Virus record (IMG/VR): IMGVR_UViG_3300045240_000158
Length of the DNA stretch: 64,000 nt
Direction: 5' to 3' (one strand)
DNA from: an uncultured virus (IMG/VR IMGVR_UViG_3300045240_000158)
Taxonomy: Duplodnaviria; Heunggongvirae; Uroviricota; Caudoviricetes
Shown: piece after piece, positions 18,849 through 28,522 of the stretch
How the letters are laid out: every line of letters begins with the position of its first letter
Position numbering within the stretch: the stretch's first letter is position 1
The notes under the pieces: generated by a model
Seen by the model: only the letters and a program-made list of their open reading frames with translations
Databases searched by the model: none
What the model was told of the DNA's origin: nothing
Made by a program: the position numbers and the translations under genes

Positions 18849-19754
18849 ATGGCCGATAACGCGGAGATCCACGGCAAGATCCTTGGCTTTCTGATGGCCG
18901 AGTGGGCCCGCAAGGACAATCGCCAGCTCGTCGGCGTCGATCTACTCTACGCGCCTGGTCAGGGCTTCCGCGACGAGGAGATTCGCCGGTGGGAGCGCGC
19001 TGACGAGCCGGAGTTCTTCGCCGAGTTTGTCAATATCGAGAAGCTCGTCACGCAGATCGTTGACCTCGCCGAGGGCGAGGCAGACGCCAAGTTGCCGGGC
19101 AAGCACCGCTTCGTCGTGCGTTGCCGCCAGCACATGGGAAGCAAGCCCTCGATGTCGTTCGCGCTCTACCCGAGCTACACAGGTGCCGGCGACGAGACCT
19201 CGCTCATGCCCAGCGGCGGTGGTGGGGGCGGTGGCGGCGGCGGCGGGGGCAGAGGAAACGAGATCGCCGTCGCGCAGGTACTCGCGTCGAACAACTCGCA
19301 GCTGATGCGCACCAATCAGCAGATGTTCGATGGCACGATCCGCGTGCTCGGCCAGCAGAACATGAACCTGCACGAGCAGATGGCGGCACTCGTCACCGAG
19401 AACGCGACCTTGCGCAAGGAGCTGGAGGATGCGCGGTCGAACAAGATGGATCGTGAGTTCCAGATCGCGATGGCGGCCGAGAAGAACGCGCGCACCAATG
19501 CGGGTTTCCAGAAGCTTCTCCAGCTCGGTACCGTCGTCGCGGCGAAGATCGGCGCGGGTGGCGAGGGGCAGGGTGGCGGCGGCGGTGAGACGCCGCTCGC
19601 AATACTGATCGCCGAGTTCCGCCAATCGCTTCGCCAAGATCAGATGGGCATGTTCATGCAGACTCTCGACATGGCCCAAAAAATCATGCTGATGGAGATC
19701 TTCAACATGTCGCAGCCGCCGGAGCAGAAGCAGGCAGCAGCGAGTGGCGGGTAG
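18849..19754 (+). CDS. coiled-coil hypothetical protein
   Basis: AAAGG RBS; poly-Gly linker; coiled coil. Confidence 0.8.
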   Translation: MADNAEIHGKILGFLMAEWARKDNRQLVGVDLLYAPGQGFRDEEIRRWERADEPEFFAEFVNIEKLVTQIVDLAEGEADAKLPGKHRFVVRCRQHMGSKPSMSFALYPSYTGAGDETSLMPSGGGGGGGGGGGGRGNEIAVAQVLASNNSQLMRTNQQMFDGTIRVLGQQNMNLHEQMAALVTENATLRKELEDARSNKMDREFQIAMAAEKNARTNAGFQKLLQLGTVVAAKIGAGGEGQGGGGGETPLAILIAEFRQSLRQDQMGMFMQTLDMAQKIMLMEIFNMSQPPEQKQAAASGG

Positions 19755-19939
19755 CCTTGACCGAAGTGACAGAGCTGCTGTTGTCCTGCGCCTATTGCAC
19801 CGCGCGCGCGGCGATTTGGCGATCGAACCGAGGGCTTGAGCCCTTTGGGGGAACTGCCACTTGGGCTTTGTGCCTGAGTTGGAACTTGGCACTCGTCGGG
19901 TACAGCGTCGCGATGCAACAGTTCGCGCAGGGCGCATAG

Positions 19940-20923
19940 GTGAGCACTCTCGACACGATCCTCGTGACGGGCGGTGCCGGTTTCATCGGCTCTCACATCG
20001 CCAGGGCTGCCGCTGAGGCTGGCAGCCGCGTCATCGTCCTCGATGACTTGTCTGGGGCTCCCGACTGGCCGGCGCTGCCGTCAGCAATCGAGCTCGTTCG
20101 CGGTGACGTCGCGGACCGCAAGCTCGTCGAGGAGTTGATCGCGCGATCCTCCGTTACGGCGGTCGTGCACCTTGCCGGGAAGATCTGCGTTGGTGAGTCG
20201 GTCGTAGATCCTGCCGCGTACTTCGACCACAATCTCGTTCGTCTGATCGCGCTGCTCGACGTCGTGCGCGTGGTCGGTCCGCGTGCGTTCGTGCTGTCGT
20301 CTTCGGCGAGCGTCTATGGCACGCCGACGGCTTCTCCGATCACCGAGCACGCGCGGTATGCCCCGGTGAGCCCGTACGGGGCGACCAAGCTCGCTGCCGA
20401 GCACGCGATTGCCTCGTACGGGCGCGCCTATGGGATTGGTTGGGCGGCGCTGCGCTACTTCAACGCGGCCGGGGCTCATCCCGACGGCACGCTCCGCGAG
20501 CGTCACGACCCGGAGACACACCTCATTCCGCTCGCGATCGATGCGGCGATGGGGCGTCGACCGCCCTTGGCCGTGTTCGGCAACGATTATCCGACGCGCG
20601 ACGGAACTTGCGTACGCGACTACGTCCACGTGTGTGATCTCGCCACCGCGCACCTCGTGGCGATCGCTGCGATCGATCGCGGTGAGGAGATCGGCTCGAT
20701 CAACCTCGGCAGCGGGCGCGGGCATTCCGTGCTGGAGGTGATCGCGACCTGCGCCCGTGTGCTGGGCAGGGAGGTACCGCACAGCTTCAGCCCGCGGCGC
20801 GAGGGCGATCCGGCCGTGCTGGTGGCGGATGCAGCGCTTGCGCGGGGAGCGATCGGCTGGAGGCCGGAGCGCGGCGACCTCGGGACGATCGTCGAGGACG
20901 CGGTGCGCTCGCGCCGTACCTGA
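19940..20923 (+). CDS. galE: UDP-glucose 4-epimerase
   Basis: TGGAGFIGSH, YGATK, LRYFNAAGAH, ETHLIP, DGTCVRDYVHV. Confidence 0.92.
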   Translation: MSTLDTILVTGGAGFIGSHIARAAAEAGSRVIVLDDLSGAPDWPALPSAIELVRGDVADRKLVEELIARSSVTAVVHLAGKICVGESVVDPAAYFDHNLVRLIALLDVVRVVGPRAFVLSSSASVYGTPTASPITEHARYAPVSPYGATKLAAEHAIASYGRAYGIGWAALRYFNAAGAHPDGTLRERHDPETHLIPLAIDAAMGRRPPLAVFGNDYPTRDGTCVRDYVHVCDLATAHLVAIAAIDRGEEIGSINLGSGRGHSVLEVIATCARVLGREVPHSFSPRREGDPAVLVADAALARGAIGWRPERGDLGTIVEDAVRSRRT

Positions 20924-21020
20924 AGCACCGATTTAGATTAGATCGCGCTGGGCATGATAGGATCGGGGTCCTGGCGCGGCGGTCGACACACGCGTGCCTT
21001 TTCCGCTACTTGGAGATTTT

Positions 21021-22544
21021 ATGGCAACCCCCGTCAGTCCAGACATCTTGAATCAGGAGACGGACGCCAGACTCGCCGCACAGACAGGGCATGTCCGGAA
21101 GCTCGACCCGAACAACCCGACGGACAGCGCCTTCATCAAGGTCTGGAAGGACATCTACGCCAAGGTGAAGCGTGAGGCCGACGCCGGCACGCTCGTTACC
21201 ACGTTCGATCATCCAGCCGTCGCACAGGACCTCTCCGATGCGGCGGTCGCGCACAAGGCCGCTGCCGCGCACCTCGATATCGCCGCGTCTGCGCCTGACG
21301 CGGCTACCGCGCAGACCAACCTCACTGCCGCGACGGTAGCGCAGCAGATCTCGACGCAGAAGGCACGCGAAGCGGCGAGCAAGCAGCCGCCGACGGTCTC
21401 GCCGCCGCTCGTGCAAGAAGCGTCGAAGGAAGTCGCCAAGAACCCGCCGCCTCCACAGGCACCCGCGAGCGAGCACCTCGCACACGAGCATGCGAGCAAG
21501 CACGCGCATGCTCACGCGCGCGAGGTCCACGCGCAGGCGCAGGCTGCGCAGTCCCAGGTGCAGCAACCGCAAGCTGCGCCTCAGCCGGTGACGCACGAGG
21601 CGATCGACGCGGAGACGGATCGGCGTTTCTGGCAACGCACTGGCTACAAGCCGGGCCAGAAGCTCAACATGTCTATCCCCGAGGACGTGGAGAAGGCGAA
21701 GATCTGGCGACAGATTCTCGATGAGGTTCAGCGCGAGGCCGCTGCCGGTACCCTCGTCATCGTGGCGCCGCCCCTGCCTGGTCCGGTCGTCAGCCCTGCT
21801 GATCTCTCGCCCGGTCCGGTTGTCAGTCCATCCGACATCGTGCGGGCGCCCGAGGCGCCGCCGCCACCGCCACCACCGTCGATGCCGCCGCCGTCCCAGG
21901 CCGGGCCGTCGGCGCCGAGGCCGTGGCAGCCCCCGCCGATGCAGTCGATGCCGCCGATGCCTCCGCCAGGGTGGCGACAGCCGATGCCTCCGCCAGGGTG
22001 GCGACCGCCGACGCCTCCGCCAGGGTGGCGACCGCCGATGCCTCCGCCAGGGTGGCAGCCAGGCATGCAGCCAGGCATGCAGCCAGGCATGCAGCCAGGC
22101 ATGCAGCCGCCTGGCACGAGTCCGGGCCCTCGATCGGAACATCATGAGCATCGCCGCGGTGAGCATCGCCGTGGTGAGGGTCGCCAAGCCCGACCGGATT
22201 TTCAGCAGTCTCCGCCTTCAGGCATGCCCGGACCGACGAATGGCGCTCCGCCGAGTCCGCCGGGCGCGCCCGGACCGGACAGCGGTGCTCCCGCCGGGGG
22301 GCCTTCGACCGACGGTGGGCCTTCGTCTGGAGATACGACGTCGTCGGGACTGTCCGGTGGAAAGATCGCATTGATCATCCTCGGCGTTGGTCTCGGCGGC
22401 ACGCTCCTGTACATGGGAGCGAAACACAAGTCGGCGCCGGCACCACGCCCTCGATCCCCGAAGGTGATCGTCGCGACGCCAGCGCGCGCGATCGCGGGAC
22501 GCCTTCCACCGGGCCGTGCAGCTGTGGAGGTCGACGATGAGTGA
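21021..22544 (+). CDS. Pro-rich protein with two ETD modules and C-terminal TM
   Basis: GGAG RBS; PPPGW and QPGM repeats; TM IALIILGVGLGGTLLYM. Confidence 0.85.
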   Translation: MATPVSPDILNQETDARLAAQTGHVRKLDPNNPTDSAFIKVWKDIYAKVKREADAGTLVTTFDHPAVAQDLSDAAVAHKAAAAHLDIAASAPDAATAQTNLTAATVAQQISTQKAREAASKQPPTVSPPLVQEASKEVAKNPPPPQAPASEHLAHEHASKHAHAHAREVHAQAQAAQSQVQQPQAAPQPVTHEAIDAETDRRFWQRTGYKPGQKLNMSIPEDVEKAKIWRQILDEVQREAAAGTLVIVAPPLPGPVVSPADLSPGPVVSPSDIVRAPEAPPPPPPPSMPPPSQAGPSAPRPWQPPPMQSMPPMPPPGWRQPMPPPGWRPPTPPPGWRPPMPPPGWQPGMQPGMQPGMQPGMQPPGTSPGPRSEHHEHRRGEHRRGEGRQARPDFQQSPPSGMPGPTNGAPPSPPGAPGPDSGAPAGGPSTDGGPSSGDTTSSGLSGGKIALIILGVGLGGTLLYMGAKHKSAPAPRPRSPKVIVATPARAIAGRLPPGRAAVEVDDE

Positions 22545-23445
22545 TCGGCGCATTCCCAGAGCCCTCCACGTCGATCCCATCTATCCGGGCAATGGCCTTC
22601 CTCCCCGGCCTGGTGAGGATCGTCCAGGGCTTTCGCCGTTCGGCCGGCTCGCGATGGGGCAGGTCCTCGGCCACAGCTCGATCCTCGTCTACGACAGCGA
22701 CGCGTCGGGCGTGCAGGATGCCTCGGTCGACATGATCAATGTCGAGGGCGACGATCTCGATGCCCTCCAGCTCGTCGTGACGCTTCATCCGCCACGCGTG
22801 ATCCCGATTGCCTTCGAGGAGGTCGGTCGAATCCTCGCCCAGCAGAACCTGACTGGCGAGCAGAGCACCGCGGAGGTCGCGATCGATCACTTCCCGGGCA
22901 CCAAGCATTCGATCCGCTGGCCTCCGCTCGAGGCCACGGTCGAGTTCGGTGTTGGCGGCGTCGCCACGAAGGTCGTCGTCGACTACTTGAACGGCGTGAC
23001 GTTTACGGTGCCCTCCGCGTCGTTCTTGCGCGTCAGCGCGCTCGTCACGCAGAGCAAGGAGGATGGTGACATCACCGGCACGAGCGCTGCGTACTACCTC
23101 GCGGCGCACGTCGGTCCAGGTTTCGCCGAGTCTCATGCGCAGCGGACGATCTTCGTCGGGCACATCGACAACCGCCATGAGAGCGAGATCTTCGACGTGC
23201 CGAAGTTCGCCAAGGTCGCGACACTGATCGGGACCAGGGAGCACCACCGTCACCGGCAGCCGATTCTCTCGGTCGGTTGGATCCGGTTCTGGCAATCCCC
23301 GGACGGACACGAGGGCGTGTCGGACGCCTTCATTTCTGACGGTCAGTCACACGTCGAGGTCCCGAACGCCGCGCAGTACTTCAGCGTGTATAATGAATCC
23401 GGACACAAGATGAAGATGGCCGCGATCTTCGAGCTGGCGCTCTGA
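22537..23445 (+). CDS. beta-strand-rich hypothetical protein (candidate structural)
   Basis: GGAGG RBS; alternating hydrophobic strands. Confidence 0.75.
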   Translation: MSDRRIPRALHVDPIYPGNGLPPRPGEDRPGLSPFGRLAMGQVLGHSSILVYDSDASGVQDASVDMINVEGDDLDALQLVVTLHPPRVIPIAFEEVGRILAQQNLTGEQSTAEVAIDHFPGTKHSIRWPPLEATVEFGVGGVATKVVVDYLNGVTFTVPSASFLRVSALVTQSKEDGDITGTSAAYYLAAHVGPGFAESHAQRTIFVGHIDNRHESEIFDVPKFAKVATLIGTREHHRHRQPILSVGWIRFWQSPDGHEGVSDAFISDGQSHVEVPNAAQYFSVYNESGHKMKMAAIFELAL

Positions 23446-23466
23446 ACGCGCGAAAGGAAAAACAAC

Positions 23467-24588
23467 GTGAGTGAAACGACCGTCCTGCGGACTTCCGCGA
23501 TCGTACAGAACGCCGCTGTCGGCACCTCGAAGCCCCCGCTCGTGAGTGCTGGGGCTCTCTCCCTCGTGCAGGTCAAGGCACCTCCCGCCGGACGTCAGGT
23601 CCAGGATGGACAGCAGAAGCCCGTCCAGATCATGGCCCCGAACTCCAAGGGTGCGGTCGCGACGGGCGCTCTGCCGATGGTCCAGGTCAAGATGACCCAG
23701 AAGGGTCCACAGCTCGATGACGGACAGAACAACGCCGTCGTGATCATGGACAACCGACAGACTGTCGCGGCGGGCGCGTTGCCGATGGTCCAGGTGCGGA
23801 TGGATGGCGGGAAGCCGCAGGTCCAGACGATCCCGAACGTCCAGGGCGGACCGCCACAGATCCCGATGGCCGCGCCCGTGCTCAGCCGTCCGCGCACCGT
23901 CGGTCGCATTGCAGCTCCGCAGCAGGTGCAGGTGTACCCGCAGCAGATCGCTCAAGCGCCGGTGCAGGTCGCGCAGGTGCCGCAGGCGCGTGGGCCCGAG
24001 CTGTCGATCGACGGGGCTCTGTTCCTGCGTCACCGCGCCGACACGTACATCAGCGAGCACACGAGCGACGTCAACGCGACGCCCGACTCCACTACCGCCA
24101 ACAACCTCAAGATCGCCGAGGACGCGATCTTCGTGCTCGATCAGATGATCGCCGCGGCGAGCTCGACCGAAGAGGTCGTCGAGGTGACCGAGCCGGCGGC
24201 TCCGATCTCGACGGCCCCCAGCCCGGCGGTCCGCGCGCAGGCCGTCGGCTACGTCGCGCCGCACGCGCTCTCGTCGACTGGCCGCGTCGCTGCTCCGGCG
24301 CGCGGCTACGTCGCGCCCCGTCCGGGTGGGCGGAACATTCGGATGGGCAACGCGTCGCTGGCGCCGCGCCGCGTGGCACGCGCTCCCCAGTCTCAGGGCG
24401 GGCTGCCGATCGTCCAGGTGAAGATGGACGGTCAGCGCGCGGTCGTGCAGAACCAGGCGGAGGTCGCTGCCGCGAAGGCGGCGCAGCTCCAGGCGGAGGC
24501 CGAGGCCCTGGTGGCCTCGCAGCCCGCGCCTGTCGCGACGGCTCCTGCCCCGGAGACGACGGACACGCAGGCGACCGGGACGCCCTGA
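23467..24588 (+). CDS. Gln/Pro/Ala-rich protein with GALPMVQVKM repeats
   Basis: GAAAGGA RBS; four GxL(P/S)xVQV(K/R) repeats. Confidence 0.8.
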   Translation: MSETTVLRTSAIVQNAAVGTSKPPLVSAGALSLVQVKAPPAGRQVQDGQQKPVQIMAPNSKGAVATGALPMVQVKMTQKGPQLDDGQNNAVVIMDNRQTVAAGALPMVQVRMDGGKPQVQTIPNVQGGPPQIPMAAPVLSRPRTVGRIAAPQQVQVYPQQIAQAPVQVAQVPQARGPELSIDGALFLRHRADTYISEHTSDVNATPDSTTANNLKIAEDAIFVLDQMIAAASSTEEVVEVTEPAAPISTAPSPAVRAQAVGYVAPHALSSTGRVAAPARGYVAPRPGGRNIRMGNASLAPRRVARAPQSQGGLPIVQVKMDGQRAVVQNQAEVAAAKAAQLQAEAEALVASQPAPVATAPAPETTDTQATGTP

Positions 24589-24596
24589 GGCCGCGA

Positions 24597-25493
24597 ATGC
24601 GCGACGAGGGGGGAGGCAACGCGGCAGTCCTCGGCGTCGGAGCGATCGCCGGTGTGGCAGCAATCTGGTTTTGGATGCGCCGATCGTCCGCTGCGACCTC
24701 GCCCGGTCGGGCTCCTGCCGCGCTGGATGTTCCGCCCCCAGGATCGTCGGAGCTGTCGGGGTTGTACGCGCAGACGCGCGCATGGCTACCCTACATCCGG
24801 TCTCTGGCCGCGGCGTACGGGATCCCGGTCGCGTTCGTGCTCTCGTGGATTCAACACGAGAGCGGAGGCAACCCGTGCGCCGTTGGCAACGCCGGTGCCG
24901 TGGACAGCAAAGGGCAGGCGCTCGAGACGGGGATCTTGCAACTGATGAGCCCCGGTGACATCAAGCTCGCTGGTACGACGGTGGCCGAAATGCGGGTGAA
25001 CTGCTCGGCGAACCTGCACTCAGGACTCGACATCGAGCAGAAGCCGCTTCGGCCGCTCACAGCCGACGAGATGACCACGCACGCGGCAAAGAGCCTCGAC
25101 TACATCGCTGCCGTCACGCGGATCGTGGACGGTTCGTTCGCGCGTCACGGTGTCAGCTGGCCAAAGACTTCGACCGACTACTGGACCATGGTCAAGGCCT
25201 ACCACGCGGGCCAGGGGATCCCGACCGCTGGTCTCGACGCAAGTGTGAAGGGCCTGGGGCACGCGCCGTCGAGCTGGGCCGAGTTCAAGCAGGGCATCGA
25301 GAACCTGCTCGCCAGCGGTCAGCATCCACTCGGGCTCACCCGGGATCGCTGGCAGGGCGCGTTTGCCAACGCGGAGAAGACCGGGCGCCAGGCGTTTGGT
25401 GATAAGCCAGCAAGCGTGTCCGGGAACGCGCGCGGCCGGTACGGTGTTGTGTCGGAGAATGCTCGCGGTCAGTATGGGGCTGCGAGGTTCTGA
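24597..25493 (+). CDS. membrane-anchored lytic transglycosylase (SLT)
   Basis: TM; YGIPVAFVLSWIQHESGGNP; GILQLM; AYHAG; C-terminal NARGxYG twice. Confidence 0.8.
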   Translation: MRDEGGGNAAVLGVGAIAGVAAIWFWMRRSSAATSPGRAPAALDVPPPGSSELSGLYAQTRAWLPYIRSLAAAYGIPVAFVLSWIQHESGGNPCAVGNAGAVDSKGQALETGILQLMSPGDIKLAGTTVAEMRVNCSANLHSGLDIEQKPLRPLTADEMTTHAAKSLDYIAAVTRIVDGSFARHGVSWPKTSTDYWTMVKAYHAGQGIPTAGLDASVKGLGHAPSSWAEFKQGIENLLASGQHPLGLTRDRWQGAFANAEKTGRQAFGDKPASVSGNARGRYGVVSENARGQYGAARF

Positions 25494-25496
25494 ACG

Positions 25497-26792
25497 ATGA
25501 AGCAAGCGTCCGATCTGTTGCCGTGGAAGGTGACGGACATCTCCGTCTACCCGTACGGTCACGATTTCTGGTCCATGAATCCCTCGGTCCATCGCGACAA
25601 CAGCGACGGTACGTGGCGCTGCGTGGCGCGGATCGTCGACTACAGCATGCCGAACGGTGTCATCGTCCGCAGCAAGAAGGCTGGTCCCGGGCACCAGACG
25701 CGGAACGCGATGCTCATCCTCGACCCGCAGTCGTGGAAGCCAGCCAAGATCTACCAGATGCACGAGCGCGACGATCATCCGCGCGTGAGCTGTCCCAACA
25801 CCGGCTACGAGGATATGCGCCTCTTCCGTACCGATCAGGGTGGACTGCAAGGGATCGCGGCGTCACTCCACCTGAAGCGCGACGGTCGGACGGCGGCGGG
25901 AGGTCCCTCGCACCAACCACCGGAGCAGGTGATCCTCTCGTTCGACGCCGAGTACAACATCGTGGCGGTGCGCCCGGTCCGCGGCGAGGGCTTTTCGGGG
26001 AGACCCCAAAAAAACTGGGTGCCCTTCGACCACTGTGTCGAGCCGCGCTTCCTCTATTCCGTCGACAAGGGCTCGATGTTTGATGATCGGGGACCGGTTC
26101 AAGGCGATGCGGCGGTGGTCAGGCCGTCGGTCAACGCGCCGTCCGTCGCAACAAGTGCGCCCGTCGAGCTACCCGTCTCCGAGCTCGCGCCGCCGCCGCC
26201 GCCGCCGCCCGCTCAAGTGCAGACTGCGCCTGCTCAAGCGCCGCCCGCTCAAGTGCAGACTGCGCCTGCTCAAGCGCCGCCCGCGAAGCCGCCCGCGAAA
26301 CCGCCTGATCGGCGCACCTTGATCCGCAGTGGCACCGAGGCACAGCTGGTGCGCGGCCGAAGAGTCGTGATCGATCAGCAGTCCACCCGACCGACCGCGA
26401 CCAGGTATCGCGGCGCGCGGAGCGGCGGCGAATCAACGCGCGTGCTCGGCACGGGGCGCGCGTTGCCGCCGAAGTACGAGGGGCTCCGTGGCGGGACCCA
26501 GCTCGTGCGCGTGGGCGACGACGCGTGGCTCGGGATCGGGCACGAGATGAAGTTCGTCGACGGGAAGAAGTACTACTGGCACGTGCTCTACGTCGTCAAC
26601 TCGAAGGGAACGATGACGAGCGCGAGCGAGCCGATGAAGCTTGCGCCCGAGGGAATCGAGTTCGCGGCGGGGATGGCGATCGAGGGTGATCGCGTCGTGG
26701 TGTCGTTCGGCGTCGACGATATGTACTGTCGCATTGGCGAGACGAAGCTGTCGGCGGTGAGGGGGATTCTGCGTCCTGTGGAGGCGCGATGA
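25497..26792 (+). CDS. beta-propeller glycoside hydrolase/phosphorylase-like protein (GH130-like) with Pro-rich insertion
   Basis: NPS, GYEDMRLF, QKNWVPF, LRGG, GIEFAAG; paralogous to the C-terminus of CDS 36939. Confidence 0.7.
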   Translation: MKQASDLLPWKVTDISVYPYGHDFWSMNPSVHRDNSDGTWRCVARIVDYSMPNGVIVRSKKAGPGHQTRNAMLILDPQSWKPAKIYQMHERDDHPRVSCPNTGYEDMRLFRTDQGGLQGIAASLHLKRDGRTAAGGPSHQPPEQVILSFDAEYNIVAVRPVRGEGFSGRPQKNWVPFDHCVEPRFLYSVDKGSMFDDRGPVQGDAAVVRPSVNAPSVATSAPVELPVSELAPPPPPPPAQVQTAPAQAPPAQVQTAPAQAPPAKPPAKPPDRRTLIRSGTEAQLVRGRRVVIDQQSTRPTATRYRGARSGGESTRVLGTGRALPPKYEGLRGGTQLVRVGDDAWLGIGHEMKFVDGKKYYWHVLYVVNSKGTMTSASEPMKLAPEGIEFAAGMAIEGDRVVVSFGVDDMYCRIGETKLSAVRGILRPVEAR

Positions 26793-27850
26793 AGATCTCG
26801 ATCGGTTACATCACTGCCCGCGAAGAGCCTCACCTCGAATGGTTGATTAACGGAATCGAGAAACAAGCGGAGCGCCGCGATGAGATCGAGCTGATCGTCG
26901 TCGATGCGCTCGGGCGCCCCGCCGAGGCGATTGGCTACCGTCCGATTCGCGCGATCAAGCGCGTCGTCGCGACGCGCCCCAAGCCCACGCCCTGGCAGGG
27001 CCCGCACCGACTCACCGCGCACGATTTCTTTGCCAACGCGAACGCGCGCAACACCGCGCTCGTCTTGTGTCGCACGGACTACATCGTCTTCCTCGACGAC
27101 CGCTGCAAGCCCGACCAGAGCTGGCTCGAACAGATCCGGATCGGCGAGAAGAAGCGTCGGTCGGTGATCTGCGGTCCCTATGACAAGTACGAAGACCGTG
27201 GCGTCTCGATCGACCACCGAAAACAGCACGCGCCGCAGGGCAAGAAGAACTGCGGGGGCGGCTGGTGCTTCGGCGGTAACTTCGCGCTCCCCCTCGAATG
27301 GGCGCTGGAGGTCAACGGCTGCGAGGAGGGGTGCGATCCAGTCGGCTTGGAGGACTGCGTGCTCGGGCACATGCTCGAGAACACCGGCCGCCGGATCGAC
27401 TTCGTGATCGAGATGTCCGTGCAGCAGGATCGCCGCGGCTACGTGCATCCGCTGAACTTCCCCCGCCAGGACAAGGGGACATCTCCGCAGGATAAGAGCC
27501 ACAAGATCCGGGAACTTTTCCATCACGAGAAGCGCACCAAGTTCACGCCGGATCTGAAGAAGCTCCGCGAGACGATCGCAAGTGGCGGCGCGTTTCCGCT
27601 GCCCGATCCGGCGCAGCGCGACTGGTACGACGGGAGGCCGATCGCCGGTACCGGCATGGGGGAGCGCGATCGTCTGACGGCGGCGAGCGGCGCAGTCGTA
27701 CACGATCCCACGCCGGCACCGTCGGCTCCAGCCCCTGCGCCTCGGCGCGACGTGGAAGTCCCTACCAAAGCGGAGGCAGCGACGGTGCGCAGCGCGGCTA
27801 TCCACACCGGTGACGCAGATCGACGGGCCTCTCAGGTCAAGGACAAGTAG
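26789..27850 (+). CDS. glycosyltransferase family 2-like
   Basis: ELIVVD, ANARN, YIVFLDD, NGCEE...GLED. Confidence 0.8.
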   Translation: MKISIGYITAREEPHLEWLINGIEKQAERRDEIELIVVDALGRPAEAIGYRPIRAIKRVVATRPKPTPWQGPHRLTAHDFFANANARNTALVLCRTDYIVFLDDRCKPDQSWLEQIRIGEKKRRSVICGPYDKYEDRGVSIDHRKQHAPQGKKNCGGGWCFGGNFALPLEWALEVNGCEEGCDPVGLEDCVLGHMLENTGRRIDFVIEMSVQQDRRGYVHPLNFPRQDKGTSPQDKSHKIRELFHHEKRTKFTPDLKKLRETIASGGAFPLPDPAQRDWYDGRPIAGTGMGERDRLTAASGAVVHDPTPAPSAPAPAPRRDVEVPTKAEAATVRSAAIHTGDADRRASQVKDK

Positions 27851-27873
27851 GCCTGGCCTTCGCTCCCTGGGAC

Positions 27874-28518
27874 TTGGATCTCCAGCGGCTGTTCCCTGAT
27901 CCGGGCATGTTCGACTCGCGAGACGCCTGGCATTCAGCGCGCTTCGATATCTTGGAGCGATCGAACCCTCACGCGGTCATGGTCGGCAAACACAAGCGTG
28001 CGAAGGGCTATCTCTTCAAGAAGTACAGCGACGACGTTGCGCTGGACGTTCAGTACGCGAACTACGTGAAGCGCGTCGAGGGCGCTCGGCGCTTCCGTGC
28101 GCTCATTGCCGAGAAGCAGTTACGGCACATCACCGTTCCACAAAAGTGGCTCTACGAGCTACCTCGCGAGTTCTCCTCGGGGAAGCCGTCCTACGTGCCG
28201 TCCTACGTGCTCGTCGTCGAGCGCTTGAAGATCCTCTCCAATGACAAGTCGAGGCGCGAATACAAGCGCATCGACGATGAGGTCTTGATGGATTTGTGCA
28301 GCGTGCTCCACACCTTCAGGGGCCTGGACTTCGCCGTCAAGAACATGCCCTTCACCAAGGATGGTCAGATCGCCTTCATCGACACCGAGCATTGGGAGGT
28401 AGGTAGCGCCAGGGGACCGTGCCCTGATCGTCTCAGCACGTATCTTTCGCGCGAGCAGTACGAGCTGGCGACAGAGATCTTCGAGAAGCTCGGGCCGCAA
28501 GCGCCAGGAGTAGGATGA
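27874..28518 (+). CDS. protein-kinase-like fold protein
   Basis: YLFKK, VLVVE, DFAVKN, IAFIDTE; start uncertain (TTG 27874 or ATG 27907). Confidence 0.5.
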   Translation: MDLQRLFPDPGMFDSRDAWHSARFDILERSNPHAVMVGKHKRAKGYLFKKYSDDVALDVQYANYVKRVEGARRFRALIAEKQLRHITVPQKWLYELPREFSSGKPSYVPSYVLVVERLKILSNDKSRREYKRIDDEVLMDLCSVLHTFRGLDFAVKNMPFTKDGQIAFIDTEHWEVGSARGPCPDRLSTYLSREQYELATEIFEKLGPQAPGVG

Positions 28519-28522
28519 GGGC

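Noticed and set aside
19757..19939. 60-aa ORF before galE
   Set aside because: TTG start, no RBS and atypical codons; more likely intergenic.
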